This document shows positions 27,335 through 35,693 of a stretch of DNA of 58,693 bases, piece by piece. Within the stretch, counting starts at the first letter, position 1. Each line of letters opens with the position of its first letter. The DNA comes from a virus (lineage: Duplodnaviria; Caudoviricetes): positions 1-58,693 of the IMG/VR virus record IMGVR_UViG_3300036900_000119. The stretch is one strand, 5' to 3'. The translations under genes were made by a program, and so were the position numbers. The notes beneath the pieces are model-generated. The model was not told the DNA's origin. It made no database searches and worked only from the letters and a program-made list of their open reading frames with translations.

Positions 27335-28573
27335 CTAAGTGGTTTCCTTTTCTATTTCCAGCGTTGCGTAAATCTCACTCGTCGCAAATCCGTTGGGCTT
27401 TCCAAAGCCATTGGTCCCATTTGTCGTCTCGGCGTGGAGTTGCAATCGGAACTGCTGTCCCGCGCCTGCCGTCGCCGTCGCCCTTGCCCATCCCGTGCTC
27501 GTCGTCTGCTCGTCGCTCGCCACGAGCGCCCTGCCGTTCAACCCAAGCGCCACCACAGTTCCTACGCCTTGCACAAGTTGCGTGGAGAAGTTGTCCACCT
27601 TGTAGCCAAGCACGCTCCATCGGAAGCGATACGTGCCAACCGGAAGCGTGACGACATTGGCAATCAGCGTTGTGCCGGCGGGGGTGTCCAGCACAATGAC
27701 ATTCAAAGGCACGTCGATGTAGGAGCCACTCGCCACTGCACCGGAGTCGATGTTCGTGTTCTCCTGATGCTGGAGAATGATCCAACCACCAACAAGTCCC
27801 GCTCCCGGCGAAATGGATACGCCCGTAATCGAGCCGCCTGTGATGTTGACGTTGTTGGAGTTCTGAGTCGCCATGGTGCCAAGACCAAGAGCGGTCCTCG
27901 CCGCCGCCTGAGTTGGCGTTGTAATGCCGTTCGCAGTCGCGGCGACCATCATCCCCGCCGTCAAACCTCCGTTGCATGGCGCTACAAAGCCATCAGCGAT
28001 ACCGAGTGGCCGACTTGAAACAACCCCGCTTCCACCACCAGCCAGCTCCATCAAACCATCAGGCAAACCCGATAGCGCCTGCGCGTTCGTCAGCGAGCCG
28101 TTGGGCGTTTGCGTGATATACGTCGCGTCTGCGGGTGCTCCGCTTGAACCCGCTGTTCCAGTCGGCCCTTGCAACCCCGCCGGTCCAACTGTGCTCGACG
28201 TTGGGAAAACTGTGCCCGGTGGACTGTTGACGAGGTATGCGCTCGCCGCCGTGTTGGCGATGTTAACGAGAGTGACGTGCGTGGCGTCCGGTGCTTGACT
28301 CACGGCGAAATACCCGAAGCTACCGCTGCCCAACTGACCCACGGCAACGACTTGGCCAACGACTGCCCATGCGCTCACGAGAACGTCCACGGTCACAACA
28401 TCACCCTCGGCGGGCATCGTGAACGGAGCCGTAGTCGCGGTGAACGAATCGCGTCCGTTTGTGCCATTGGTGCCAGTGGCGCCCGCAGGACCTTGCGGCC
28501 CTGGTATGTTCTGGACGAGCGGCGAAGGGCATGGCCTATCGCAACAGTCGGCGCTTTGAAGGAGTTCGCTCAT
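27335..28573 (-). CDS. Tail fibre protein with collagen-like triplets
   Basis: GPQGPAGATG; AARTALGLGTMATQN..NV.ITGGSITG; no signal peptide. Confidence 0.75.
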   Translation of the reverse strand: MSELLQSADCCDRPCPSPLVQNIPGPQGPAGATGTNGTNGRDSFTATTAPFTMPAEGDVVTVDVLVSAWAVVGQVVAVGQLGSGSFGYFAVSQAPDATHVTLVNIANTAASAYLVNSPPGTVFPTSSTVGPAGLQGPTGTAGSSGAPADATYITQTPNGSLTNAQALSGLPDGLMELAGGGSGVVSSRPLGIADGFVAPCNGGLTAGMMVAATANGITTPTQAAARTALGLGTMATQNSNNVNITGGSITGVSISPGAGLVGGWIILQHQENTNIDSGAVASGSYIDVPLNVIVLDTPAGTTLIANVVTLPVGTYRFRWSVLGYKVDNFSTQLVQGVGTVVALGLNGRALVASDEQTTSTGWARATATAGAGQQFRLQLHAETTNGTNGFGKPNGFATSEIYATLEIEKETT

Positions 28574-28621
28574 GGCGGGGTTTTAGGTTGTGGCATAGCT
28601 TTAACCCCACCGATTAGCCGC

Positions 28622-28659
28622 ACTCTCTACGCGTTGAGCTTCAAAGTCAACGCTTGACA
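28622..28659. promoter_or_regulatory. Divergent late promoter region
   Basis: Minus strand TTGACT-N17-GAGAGT; plus strand TTGACA; inverted repeat GCGTTGA...TCAACGC. Confidence 0.5.
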
Positions 28660-28819
28660 CACAGCCGCTTTCGTGTCAGCGATTGCGACACGCGTATGAA
28701 TGCCGCGTCCGATTTGGCCGCCCAAGCGTGGCCCACAAACCCCCTCCCGCGCTCAAACCACGCTTGTGTCCCCACCCAAGTGCTGGCGCATTCAGGCGTT
28801 GGGAGGGGTAGTTGATTTC

Positions 28820-30658
28820 ATGGCAAAAGGCCCTAAACACATCGACGCATACGGCTGCAAGTTCAACTTGGAGTCCCAAGCCCAAGTCGAGCTGGAGTGC
28901 ATCAAGTATGGTGGTTCGTGGGAACTTAACGGGCGTCAGTATGGGATGGGTTTGGCGCATCACGTTGTTGCTTTCTCGCGCCTAGTGTGGCCGTGGTTCA
29001 AATGGCAACGGTGGGCGCTATTGCTGCTCGATGAGCTGTGTAGGCCACGCCACCGTCTCGGAGTCTGGGGACCTTCGAGCAGCGGCAAATCGTGTCCCGT
29101 CGGACTGACTTACCTTACGTTTTACCTTGCTCGCCCCGATTGCACCACCGTACTCGTTTCCTCAACCACACGCGACGAGTTGGATCTTCGCATCTGGGGA
29201 GAAATTGTCATGCTTTGGAAGGAGGCGCACGACCAGTTCGATTGGATTCCAGGGCACCTAACGGACTCCAAGCAGATGATTACGACGGACGGCAAGGAAG
29301 TCGAAGGGCGCGATAGGCGCAATGGTGTGCTCGGAAGACCTTGTAAAACGGGCAATAAATGGCTGATCGGAAGCGGAACATCCCCGTTTGTCGGTATCAA
29401 GAACGATCACGTTTACCTCGCAGCCGACGAGGCGGGCCTTATGCCGCCTGGGTTTCTCGAAGCTCTCGCCAACCTTACGTCGAATCCATCGTGTTGCGCT
29501 GCCGTCCTCGGTAACTTGGGCGACCTCGACACCCCATTGGCTGCTGCTTGCGAACCTGTTAACGGATGGGATTCCATTCCGGATAGCGACGTTTCGCGCG
29601 CCTTCGATACCCGATGGAACAACGGGCGCGCCGTTCAGTTCATAGGGAGCGATTCCCCCAATCTCGATTTCCCCGAAAACGCGGAGCCTTATCCCAAGCT
29701 CATAGGACGCCGTTACCTCAAGCAGTGCGCTGACGATTACGGCCTCGACACGCCGCTCTACAATATGTTCGCGGCGGGAAAGATTCCACGTGGAACAATG
29801 GAGAATCGCGTCCTCACGCGCCAGGACTGCGAGCGCAACGACGCTTTCGAGGAAGTGACGTGGGGACACGAACCGATGACGCTTCTCTACGCCCTAGATT
29901 TGTCCTACACCGCTTCGCACGGCGATAGAACCGTTGGGCGACCGTTCGCGTTCGGCAAGGACATTGCAGGCAAAGCCATCTTCGCTCCGCTCGCGCCACC
30001 GCTCGTTTACACGCCTTCCGACCGTGCCGACCTGTCCATCGAGGACCAACTCGCGCTCCAGTGCATCGTCGAGTGCAAAAAGTGGGAAGTGAAACCGGCG
30101 CACGTCTTTTACGACGGCACAGGGCGCGCCTCGTTTACCGCCTCGCTTATGCGCCTTTGGACAGACGAGCACGGCCATTCCATCGGGACGGCTGTTCAGC
30201 CCATCGAGTTTGGCGGCACGGCAACCAAGCGCCCCAACTTCCTCAACAAACGCTACGAGGAAGATCGAGATTCGAGGCGCAAGAAAGGCGAGCTTCTGCC
30301 GTGCGACGAAGTATTCGATAAGATGGTAAGCGAGCTTTGGTTTGCCTTCCGTCATCTCGTTATCTCGAAGCAGGCGCGCAACCTCGACATGGAAACTGTG
30401 AAGGAGGCGAGCAAGCGACTTTACAAGGCGATGGCAGGCAATCGCCTTAGCGTTGAGCCAAAGGATGAGGTAAAGCTGCGGCTTGGGCGTTCGCCGGACC
30501 TTGCAGACGCTTTTGTCGTTGCCATCGAAGGCGCACGCCGCCTCGGTTTCGCGCTTGGCAATCTCGACGCTTCCGTAAAACGCAACAACACCCGCTGGCT
30601 GTCCCGCGCCGTGCGCGCCTATCAGGATGCGCGTTCTGCCGTGGAGCTTGCCGCCTAA
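28820..30658 (+). CDS. terL: Terminase large subunit
   Basis: Walker A-like GPSSSGKS, Walker B YLAADEA, LGN motif, nuclease motifs YALD and RSPDLADA. Confidence 0.9.
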   Translation: MAKGPKHIDAYGCKFNLESQAQVELECIKYGGSWELNGRQYGMGLAHHVVAFSRLVWPWFKWQRWALLLLDELCRPRHRLGVWGPSSSGKSCPVGLTYLTFYLARPDCTTVLVSSTTRDELDLRIWGEIVMLWKEAHDQFDWIPGHLTDSKQMITTDGKEVEGRDRRNGVLGRPCKTGNKWLIGSGTSPFVGIKNDHVYLAADEAGLMPPGFLEALANLTSNPSCCAAVLGNLGDLDTPLAAACEPVNGWDSIPDSDVSRAFDTRWNNGRAVQFIGSDSPNLDFPENAEPYPKLIGRRYLKQCADDYGLDTPLYNMFAAGKIPRGTMENRVLTRQDCERNDAFEEVTWGHEPMTLLYALDLSYTASHGDRTVGRPFAFGKDIAGKAIFAPLAPPLVYTPSDRADLSIEDQLALQCIVECKKWEVKPAHVFYDGTGRASFTASLMRLWTDEHGHSIGTAVQPIEFGGTATKRPNFLNKRYEEDRDSRRKKGELLPCDEVFDKMVSELWFAFRHLVISKQARNLDMETVKEASKRLYKAMAGNRLSVEPKDEVKLRLGRSPDLADAFVVAIEGARRLGFALGNLDASVKRNNTRWLSRAVRAYQDARSAVELAA

Positions 30659-30662
30659 CTTT

Positions 30663-31034
30663 ATGCCACTCCTTGACCGTTCCAAATCCCCTCCCGGTGG
30701 ATTCCCATATCGCGAGCCGTCCATAAATTGGGTTGCGCCCGCTGACGGCATGGTGTTCGACGAGCGCGTGAAGCAGATCGTAGCCGCACGCAAGAACAAC
30801 CGCGCATCAGGTTTGGATCCATCATGGCAAGCGTGCGTTGATGCGCTCGATCTTTACACCTGCACGCGGCTCAACAACGACCCGAAGTGGTGCGTTGCGC
30901 CCGCTGATCCAGTCATGCTCGCCGCCGTAAAATCACGCTCTCAAGGGTGCGCAGGGTGCGGCGTGTCACGGCGCAGGAACGCGCAGTCAATGAGCGTGCG
31001 CGATGATGAGGCTTCGAAGCACCTAGCGCGATGA
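30663..31034 (+). CDS. Cys-containing hypothetical protein
   Basis: PPGGF.Y; CAGC; follows terL. Confidence 0.7.
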   Translation: MPLLDRSKSPPGGFPYREPSINWVAPADGMVFDERVKQIVAARKNNRASGLDPSWQACVDALDLYTCTRLNNDPKWCVAPADPVMLAAVKSRSQGCAGCGVSRRRNAQSMSVRDDEASKHLAR

Positions 31035-31306
31035 ACACGAAGACAACTGTTCCGGAAGTGCTGCCATTGCTCGTCGCTTACCTGTTGAAACCGGGAAACG
31101 AGGTTGGCGGATCGCTGCACATCATCACCGATGACGGAAACGACGAACCAGGACATGCTGCTTGGTGTCTGAGCTACGCCCGGAACATAGGCGACACGGA
31201 TGCGATTCCCATCCTTGAACTCATGGTTCAAATGAGTCGCACGCAAATCAGAAAACTATGCGCCTTAGCTGACAAGCAACGGTATCCATTGAAGGCTGCG
31301 CGATGA
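31031..31306 (+). CDS. Hypothetical protein
   Basis: GG.LHI..DDGN motif; ATGA-coupled. Confidence 0.75.
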   Translation: MNTKTTVPEVLPLLVAYLLKPGNEVGGSLHIITDDGNDEPGHAAWCLSYARNIGDTDAIPILELMVQMSRTQIRKLCALADKQRYPLKAAR

Positions 31307-31671
31307 ACCCCTTTTCAGCAGCACTCCGTTACCGCCGTGCCAAACGCGAATGGCTTGGTGCTGGAGGGTTGCCCGTATCACAAACACTCGCCGATTCCCG
31401 CGCAGCCGTATGCAAGACGTGCCCAAAGAACCAACCGCATCCGATTTACCAAAACCTAGCGGCTCCGGTGGCGCTCCAACTTCGACGCCAGATCGAGGCA
31501 AAGGCGCAGATGAAACTCGCGGTGAACGGCGAAAGCGACTTGCACATTTGCGAAGTTTGTTGGTGCGTCCTATCTCTGAAGGTTTGGGCGCCAATCCAAG
31601 TGGCGTCGAAGGGTCTGGATCTAGCAACGCTTCCTGATTTTTGCTGGATACGAAAGGAGCTTGGAAAGTGA
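31303..31671 (+). CDS. Zinc-binding hypothetical protein
   Basis: R...C..CP.N...C..C.C....K...CW. Confidence 0.75.
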   Translation: MNPFSAALRYRRAKREWLGAGGLPVSQTLADSRAAVCKTCPKNQPHPIYQNLAAPVALQLRRQIEAKAQMKLAVNGESDLHICEVCWCVLSLKVWAPIQVASKGLDLATLPDFCWIRKELGK

Positions 31672-34067
31672 CCGTCCCACTCCTAGTCGTCATCCCCGTC
31701 GCGCAAAGTGAGATTGGGCTAGCGTCCTCCCTTCTGGCGCATCTTGCGACTCACGGCCCAATCCTGTTCCATGCCGTCCTATTCGTCGCCGACAAAGGCA
31801 TCGAAGCTTCCGCCTACACGCCGCTTCTCGACGCCGCGAAGCCCATATTCCCCGCAGGCGGTTCGCTGATCCACACTCCGTTATCGTTAACGCCGTCCTA
31901 CCCGCACGCGCACAACCTTCGTTTTGAGACTGCGCTTTCGCACGTCGCCTCACGCATTAAAGCGCCATTCCTGTATCTCTCGCCGCGCTGTGTGCCGACG
32001 CGCAAAGGGTGGCTGCTCGAATTGGAGGCGGAGTATGGCGCACACGCCAAAACCAAGCCGATCCTTGGCCAGTTGCTCACGCCTGAATCACATGGGACAG
32101 CGCAACCACTGATCGCCTCGACAGCTATTTACCCGCCTGATCTTCCCAAGCGCGTGTTCCAGAACTTGATCGGACAGCGTTCCGTGGACTTCGAGAAGTC
32201 TTGCGCAGAACTGTTCGTGTCCATCGCGCACCCGTCCAAGTTGATCTGGAACCATCCCGTCAACGGGACAAATGCGCTCCCGCGACCGCCAGCAGTCGTT
32301 TCCGTTGTGCATACGGCTTTCGCCCGCGAGTTTGCTGCCTCACTGCGCGGTGAAGTGGTGAAGCAGCCTATCCCTGTCACCCAACCACCAGAAACGCCTC
32401 TAGTGCCCATTGCTGCGCCAACCAAGGGGCGTCTGGTGAAAGCGCCCGTTGTCGCCAACCCCAATGCCGCTTTTTACCACTCAGGCGACTTAGGTGACAT
32501 CATCTATGCGCTCGCGGCTATCCGTCTCGCTGGAGGCGGCAAGTTGATCCTTGGTCCCAAATCGCTGCGCACGCCACCGCCTGCCAACCCGATGCGAATG
32601 GAGCAGTTCGAGCGCCTTCTCCCGTTGCTCGCCGTCCAGCCATACCTGTCGAGAGCCGTGTTTTCCGACCGATACCCCGGCACAACCACGGCGTTTGACT
32701 TGAACCGATTCCGCGAGCAATGGGGAGATAAGGCGATTCGAGCACGCACAGGCATTTCTACGCTCGTCAGGATGCACTGCCACATTCTCGGCGTAGACGA
32801 GAAGTTCCACCCCCGCGATTCATGGCTCACGGTGCCATCGCCGATTCAAACGGGCATGTTCGTTGTCCACCGTTCTGCGCGCTACCGCTCGTCCGAAGAT
32901 GCCGCGTTTCCCTGGCCGATGCTCGTCAAGCGATTCAAAGGGCGTCTCCTGTTCGTCGGGTTGCCGGCCGAACACGCCGACTTTCAGCGCACCTTTGGAG
33001 TCAAGACCGCGTTCTGGCAATGCGCCGACTTCCTTGAACTCGCCCGCGTCATTGCGGGAGCCAGCGGATTCATCGGAAACCAATCGTTTCCGTGCGCGCT
33101 CGCGCTCGCGGCAGGACAACGTGTTCTTCAAGAGTCGTGGCCAACGTCTCCAGATTGCGTGTTCTCTCGAGAGAACTTCTTGACGCAACCATTCACAGAG
33201 GCGTCTGTCGCGGCGTGGGAGTCCAGCACAAGGGACACAATGACGCTCATAACGGAAAAGGATCTTGTTAAACCGTTGACTGAATCGGATGTGTCATTAA
33301 AGCAGGAAATCTCCATTACAACGGCGCCGTCTCCACGTCTCGTTTCCACGACGCCCATTAACGGCATGATAGAACTCGGACCACAACTCGACGCCTCGGG
33401 ACTAGGAGACACACTCACGATCACGCCGCTCGCTGAACGCCTTGGCAAACGCGCAATCATGTGCCTTCCCACAGGCATCGCAAGATTCGCGCCATTGTTC
33501 ACAGGGTTGTGCCCCGTCCGGATTACTGACGATGCGCCTGTATTTCCGGACCCCGGAAGCACGCGCTTCATCGAGTCCAAGCTGCGCATGTTCAATTACG
33601 AGTGCGAAGATGGGCGAACGCCTCCTGTGGTTCGCCTATCACCAATCGAAAAGGCGCAAGCTGCTAAATGGATCAAGAAGCTTAAAGGCGAAAAGCCGCC
33701 GATCATTTTCCACACTGCTGTTGCCTTGAAATGGGCGCACATGCGCTCTCGCCCTACCGAATGGTGGTCACCGATTCGCTCTGAGCTTGAGAAGCATTTC
33801 ACGCTCATCGAAGAATATCCGGACGCGCCAACGCCTTTGCGTAAGCTTGCTGCCCGTTACCGCGCCGTTGGGAGATATTTCGGAGTGAACACTGGCAACT
33901 GGCATCTCGCGGTTGCTGGTGGTTGTAGATGCCTCGTTGTGGATGCTGACGAGTGTGAAGGATACAACCCCGCGCTCTGGCGTTACTCGATGCCCACCTG
34001 CGAATACGTTGGGTTCGACGTTGGCAACGTAATCGCCAAGGTCCCTTGGCTCTTGAAGGGCGCATGA
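31668..34067 (+). CDS. Multidomain glycosyltransferase (two GT9/heptosyltransferase-like GT-B modules)
   Basis: SGDLGDIIYAL...FIGNQS and GLGDTL.ITPL...YFGVNTGNWHLAVA. Confidence 0.75.
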   Translation: MTVPLLVVIPVAQSEIGLASSLLAHLATHGPILFHAVLFVADKGIEASAYTPLLDAAKPIFPAGGSLIHTPLSLTPSYPHAHNLRFETALSHVASRIKAPFLYLSPRCVPTRKGWLLELEAEYGAHAKTKPILGQLLTPESHGTAQPLIASTAIYPPDLPKRVFQNLIGQRSVDFEKSCAELFVSIAHPSKLIWNHPVNGTNALPRPPAVVSVVHTAFAREFAASLRGEVVKQPIPVTQPPETPLVPIAAPTKGRLVKAPVVANPNAAFYHSGDLGDIIYALAAIRLAGGGKLILGPKSLRTPPPANPMRMEQFERLLPLLAVQPYLSRAVFSDRYPGTTTAFDLNRFREQWGDKAIRARTGISTLVRMHCHILGVDEKFHPRDSWLTVPSPIQTGMFVVHRSARYRSSEDAAFPWPMLVKRFKGRLLFVGLPAEHADFQRTFGVKTAFWQCADFLELARVIAGASGFIGNQSFPCALALAAGQRVLQESWPTSPDCVFSRENFLTQPFTEASVAAWESSTRDTMTLITEKDLVKPLTESDVSLKQEISITTAPSPRLVSTTPINGMIELGPQLDASGLGDTLTITPLAERLGKRAIMCLPTGIARFAPLFTGLCPVRITDDAPVFPDPGSTRFIESKLRMFNYECEDGRTPPVVRLSPIEKAQAAKWIKKLKGEKPPIIFHTAVALKWAHMRSRPTEWWSPIRSELEKHFTLIEEYPDAPTPLRKLAARYRAVGRYFGVNTGNWHLAVAGGCRCLVVDADECEGYNPALWRYSMPTCEYVGFDVGNVIAKVPWLLKGA

Positions 34068-34633
34068 ACATCACGCTTCCACCGCCATCTATCAACACTT
34101 GGCAATCGCCATTCGAGCTTGAGCTGCTTCTCCTGCACTTTCGCCACGCTTCGCCAAAGCACATCTGCGAACTCGGGAGTGCTGATGGTGGCTCAATCTG
34201 GTGTTGGGCGCACAACTGCGTTCCTGGCGCTCATATTCTCTCGGTGGACTGGTGGAAAGACGACGTTGGATACCCTGACAACCGCATCCAATATGGCCAT
34301 TGGGCTTTGCGCAACACCTGCACGATTGACTGGGTCAAAGGCGACACCCGAGACGACGCCACACTTAACCGCGTGAGAGAGTTTGCTCCGTTCGATTGGA
34401 TGTTCATCGACGCGGGGCACGCGCTTATTGATGTGACGAGCGATTGGGAACGGTATGGTCCCCTCGTTTCTCCTGGAGGGATCGTGGTTTTCCACGACAT
34501 CACGCCCAACATGCGCCCCAATCAAGTTGAGGTGCGTCTGCTTTGGGACCGTTTGAAGGAGACTCGAAGGCACGTCGAGATCATTGAGAACGCGAAGGAC
34601 GATAAGCTTGGAACGGGGATATTATGGGTCTGA
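34064..34633 (+). CDS. Class I SAM-dependent methyltransferase (Methyltransf_24-like)
   Basis: ELGSADGGS; FDWMFIDAGH; PGG.VVFHD. Confidence 0.88.
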   Translation: MNITLPPPSINTWQSPFELELLLLHFRHASPKHICELGSADGGSIWCWAHNCVPGAHILSVDWWKDDVGYPDNRIQYGHWALRNTCTIDWVKGDTRDDATLNRVREFAPFDWMFIDAGHALIDVTSDWERYGPLVSPGGIVVFHDITPNMRPNQVEVRLLWDRLKETRRHVEIIENAKDDKLGTGILWV

Positions 34634-35286
34634 AAACCATTTCCATACCCGTCAACGACCGACCGCATCTTTTGGCGCAAGTGCTTTCCTCGATTCGTGG
34701 AAACAAGGCCTGGCGTGATTGGCGCATCGTTTTCTCCTGTGAACCGCCCGTCAAAGAAGCGACGGAACAGTTGATGATCGCCACGCCCAATGCGGTCATC
34801 TCTCGAAATGCTGTGAAGCTTGGCTGTTGGGCGAACACGTTTCACGCCGCGTCCGTCGCTATGGCGCTTGGAAGTGACGTGAACCTTTACCTTGAGGACG
34901 ATTACCTGCTTTCACCGGACGCTCTCGCGCTCGTTGACCAATGGAGCCAAGCCATTCACGGCGGCGTCCTGTGCTTGCGTCGGCCGCACGAGAATCAAGA
35001 TTCGTTTCTTCCGAGAATCGTCACACCATATCAAAGCGGCTTGTTCGGTTGCGGGTTCGCGTGGCTTGCCCAGGATTGGCCAATCGTTCGGAAGCAATGG
35101 AACACCGTCGCTCCCATGTGGGACATTGCCATGGAAGGGCTGCCTCTGTCTCAGTGGCGACCACTCCTTAACCGCTCACACGGCATTGGAACCACCGGAA
35201 CGCACTCAAAGAACGGCGATGACTTAAACCTGTTCGGTCCTGCCTACGAAGGCGAACCCGTCGATAAATTCATTTTCCTGCCATGA
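34624..35286 (+). CDS. GT-A fold glycosyltransferase
   Basis: IPVNDRP..L...L.SI; LGC..N; LYLEDD; WD. Confidence 0.78.
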   Translation: MGLKTISIPVNDRPHLLAQVLSSIRGNKAWRDWRIVFSCEPPVKEATEQLMIATPNAVISRNAVKLGCWANTFHAASVAMALGSDVNLYLEDDYLLSPDALALVDQWSQAIHGGVLCLRRPHENQDSFLPRIVTPYQSGLFGCGFAWLAQDWPIVRKQWNTVAPMWDIAMEGLPLSQWRPLLNRSHGIGTTGTHSKNGDDLNLFGPAYEGEPVDKFIFLP

Positions 35287-35687
35287 TCCGAATATCCATC
35301 CACGAAGCCGCCGCGTTCGACATGCTCGCCATCCAAGAGGTGAAATGGCGCAACAAGGTCATCGCATACGCCGATGTTCTGGATACTCGCGGAGAGATCG
35401 TGGCCTGCCTCGGAGATCGGTGGGTTGATCGGGTCACTGATTCGCGTGAGTATTCTATCCTTCTCGGTGCCAACAGCATCGTTTTCGACCTTGTGGCCCT
35501 CGCTGCGACTGATGCCTGTCGCGCTTCTGATGTAGACGCCGCCAACCAACGTCGCTACGCCGCCAAGCGTGCCCTGCAAGAGAGGTTCTGGCCGTCCAAT
35601 CCACTCACGGAGGTCAAGGCGCAGCGTCCAACGCGCTTGCCTACGGAGCCAATAACGCCTACGGTGCCGCTAAACGGTGGGGCTTGA
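35283..35687 (+). CDS. DUF6165-like helical protein
   Basis: D.L.I..VK...Y..L...N..VFD...N.RR...K pattern. Confidence 0.55.
   Translation: MIRISIHEAAAFDMLAIQEVKWRNKVIAYADVLDTRGEIVACLGDRWVDRVTDSREYSILLGANSIVFDLVALAATDACRASDVDAANQRRYAAKRALQERFWPSNPLTEVKAQRPTRLPTEPITPTVPLNGGA
35637..35665 (+). promoter_or_regulatory. Sigma70-like promoter for the portal gene
   Basis: TTGCCT-N17-TACGGT just upstream of ATG 35694. Confidence 0.5.
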
Positions 35688-35693
35688 CACGAT

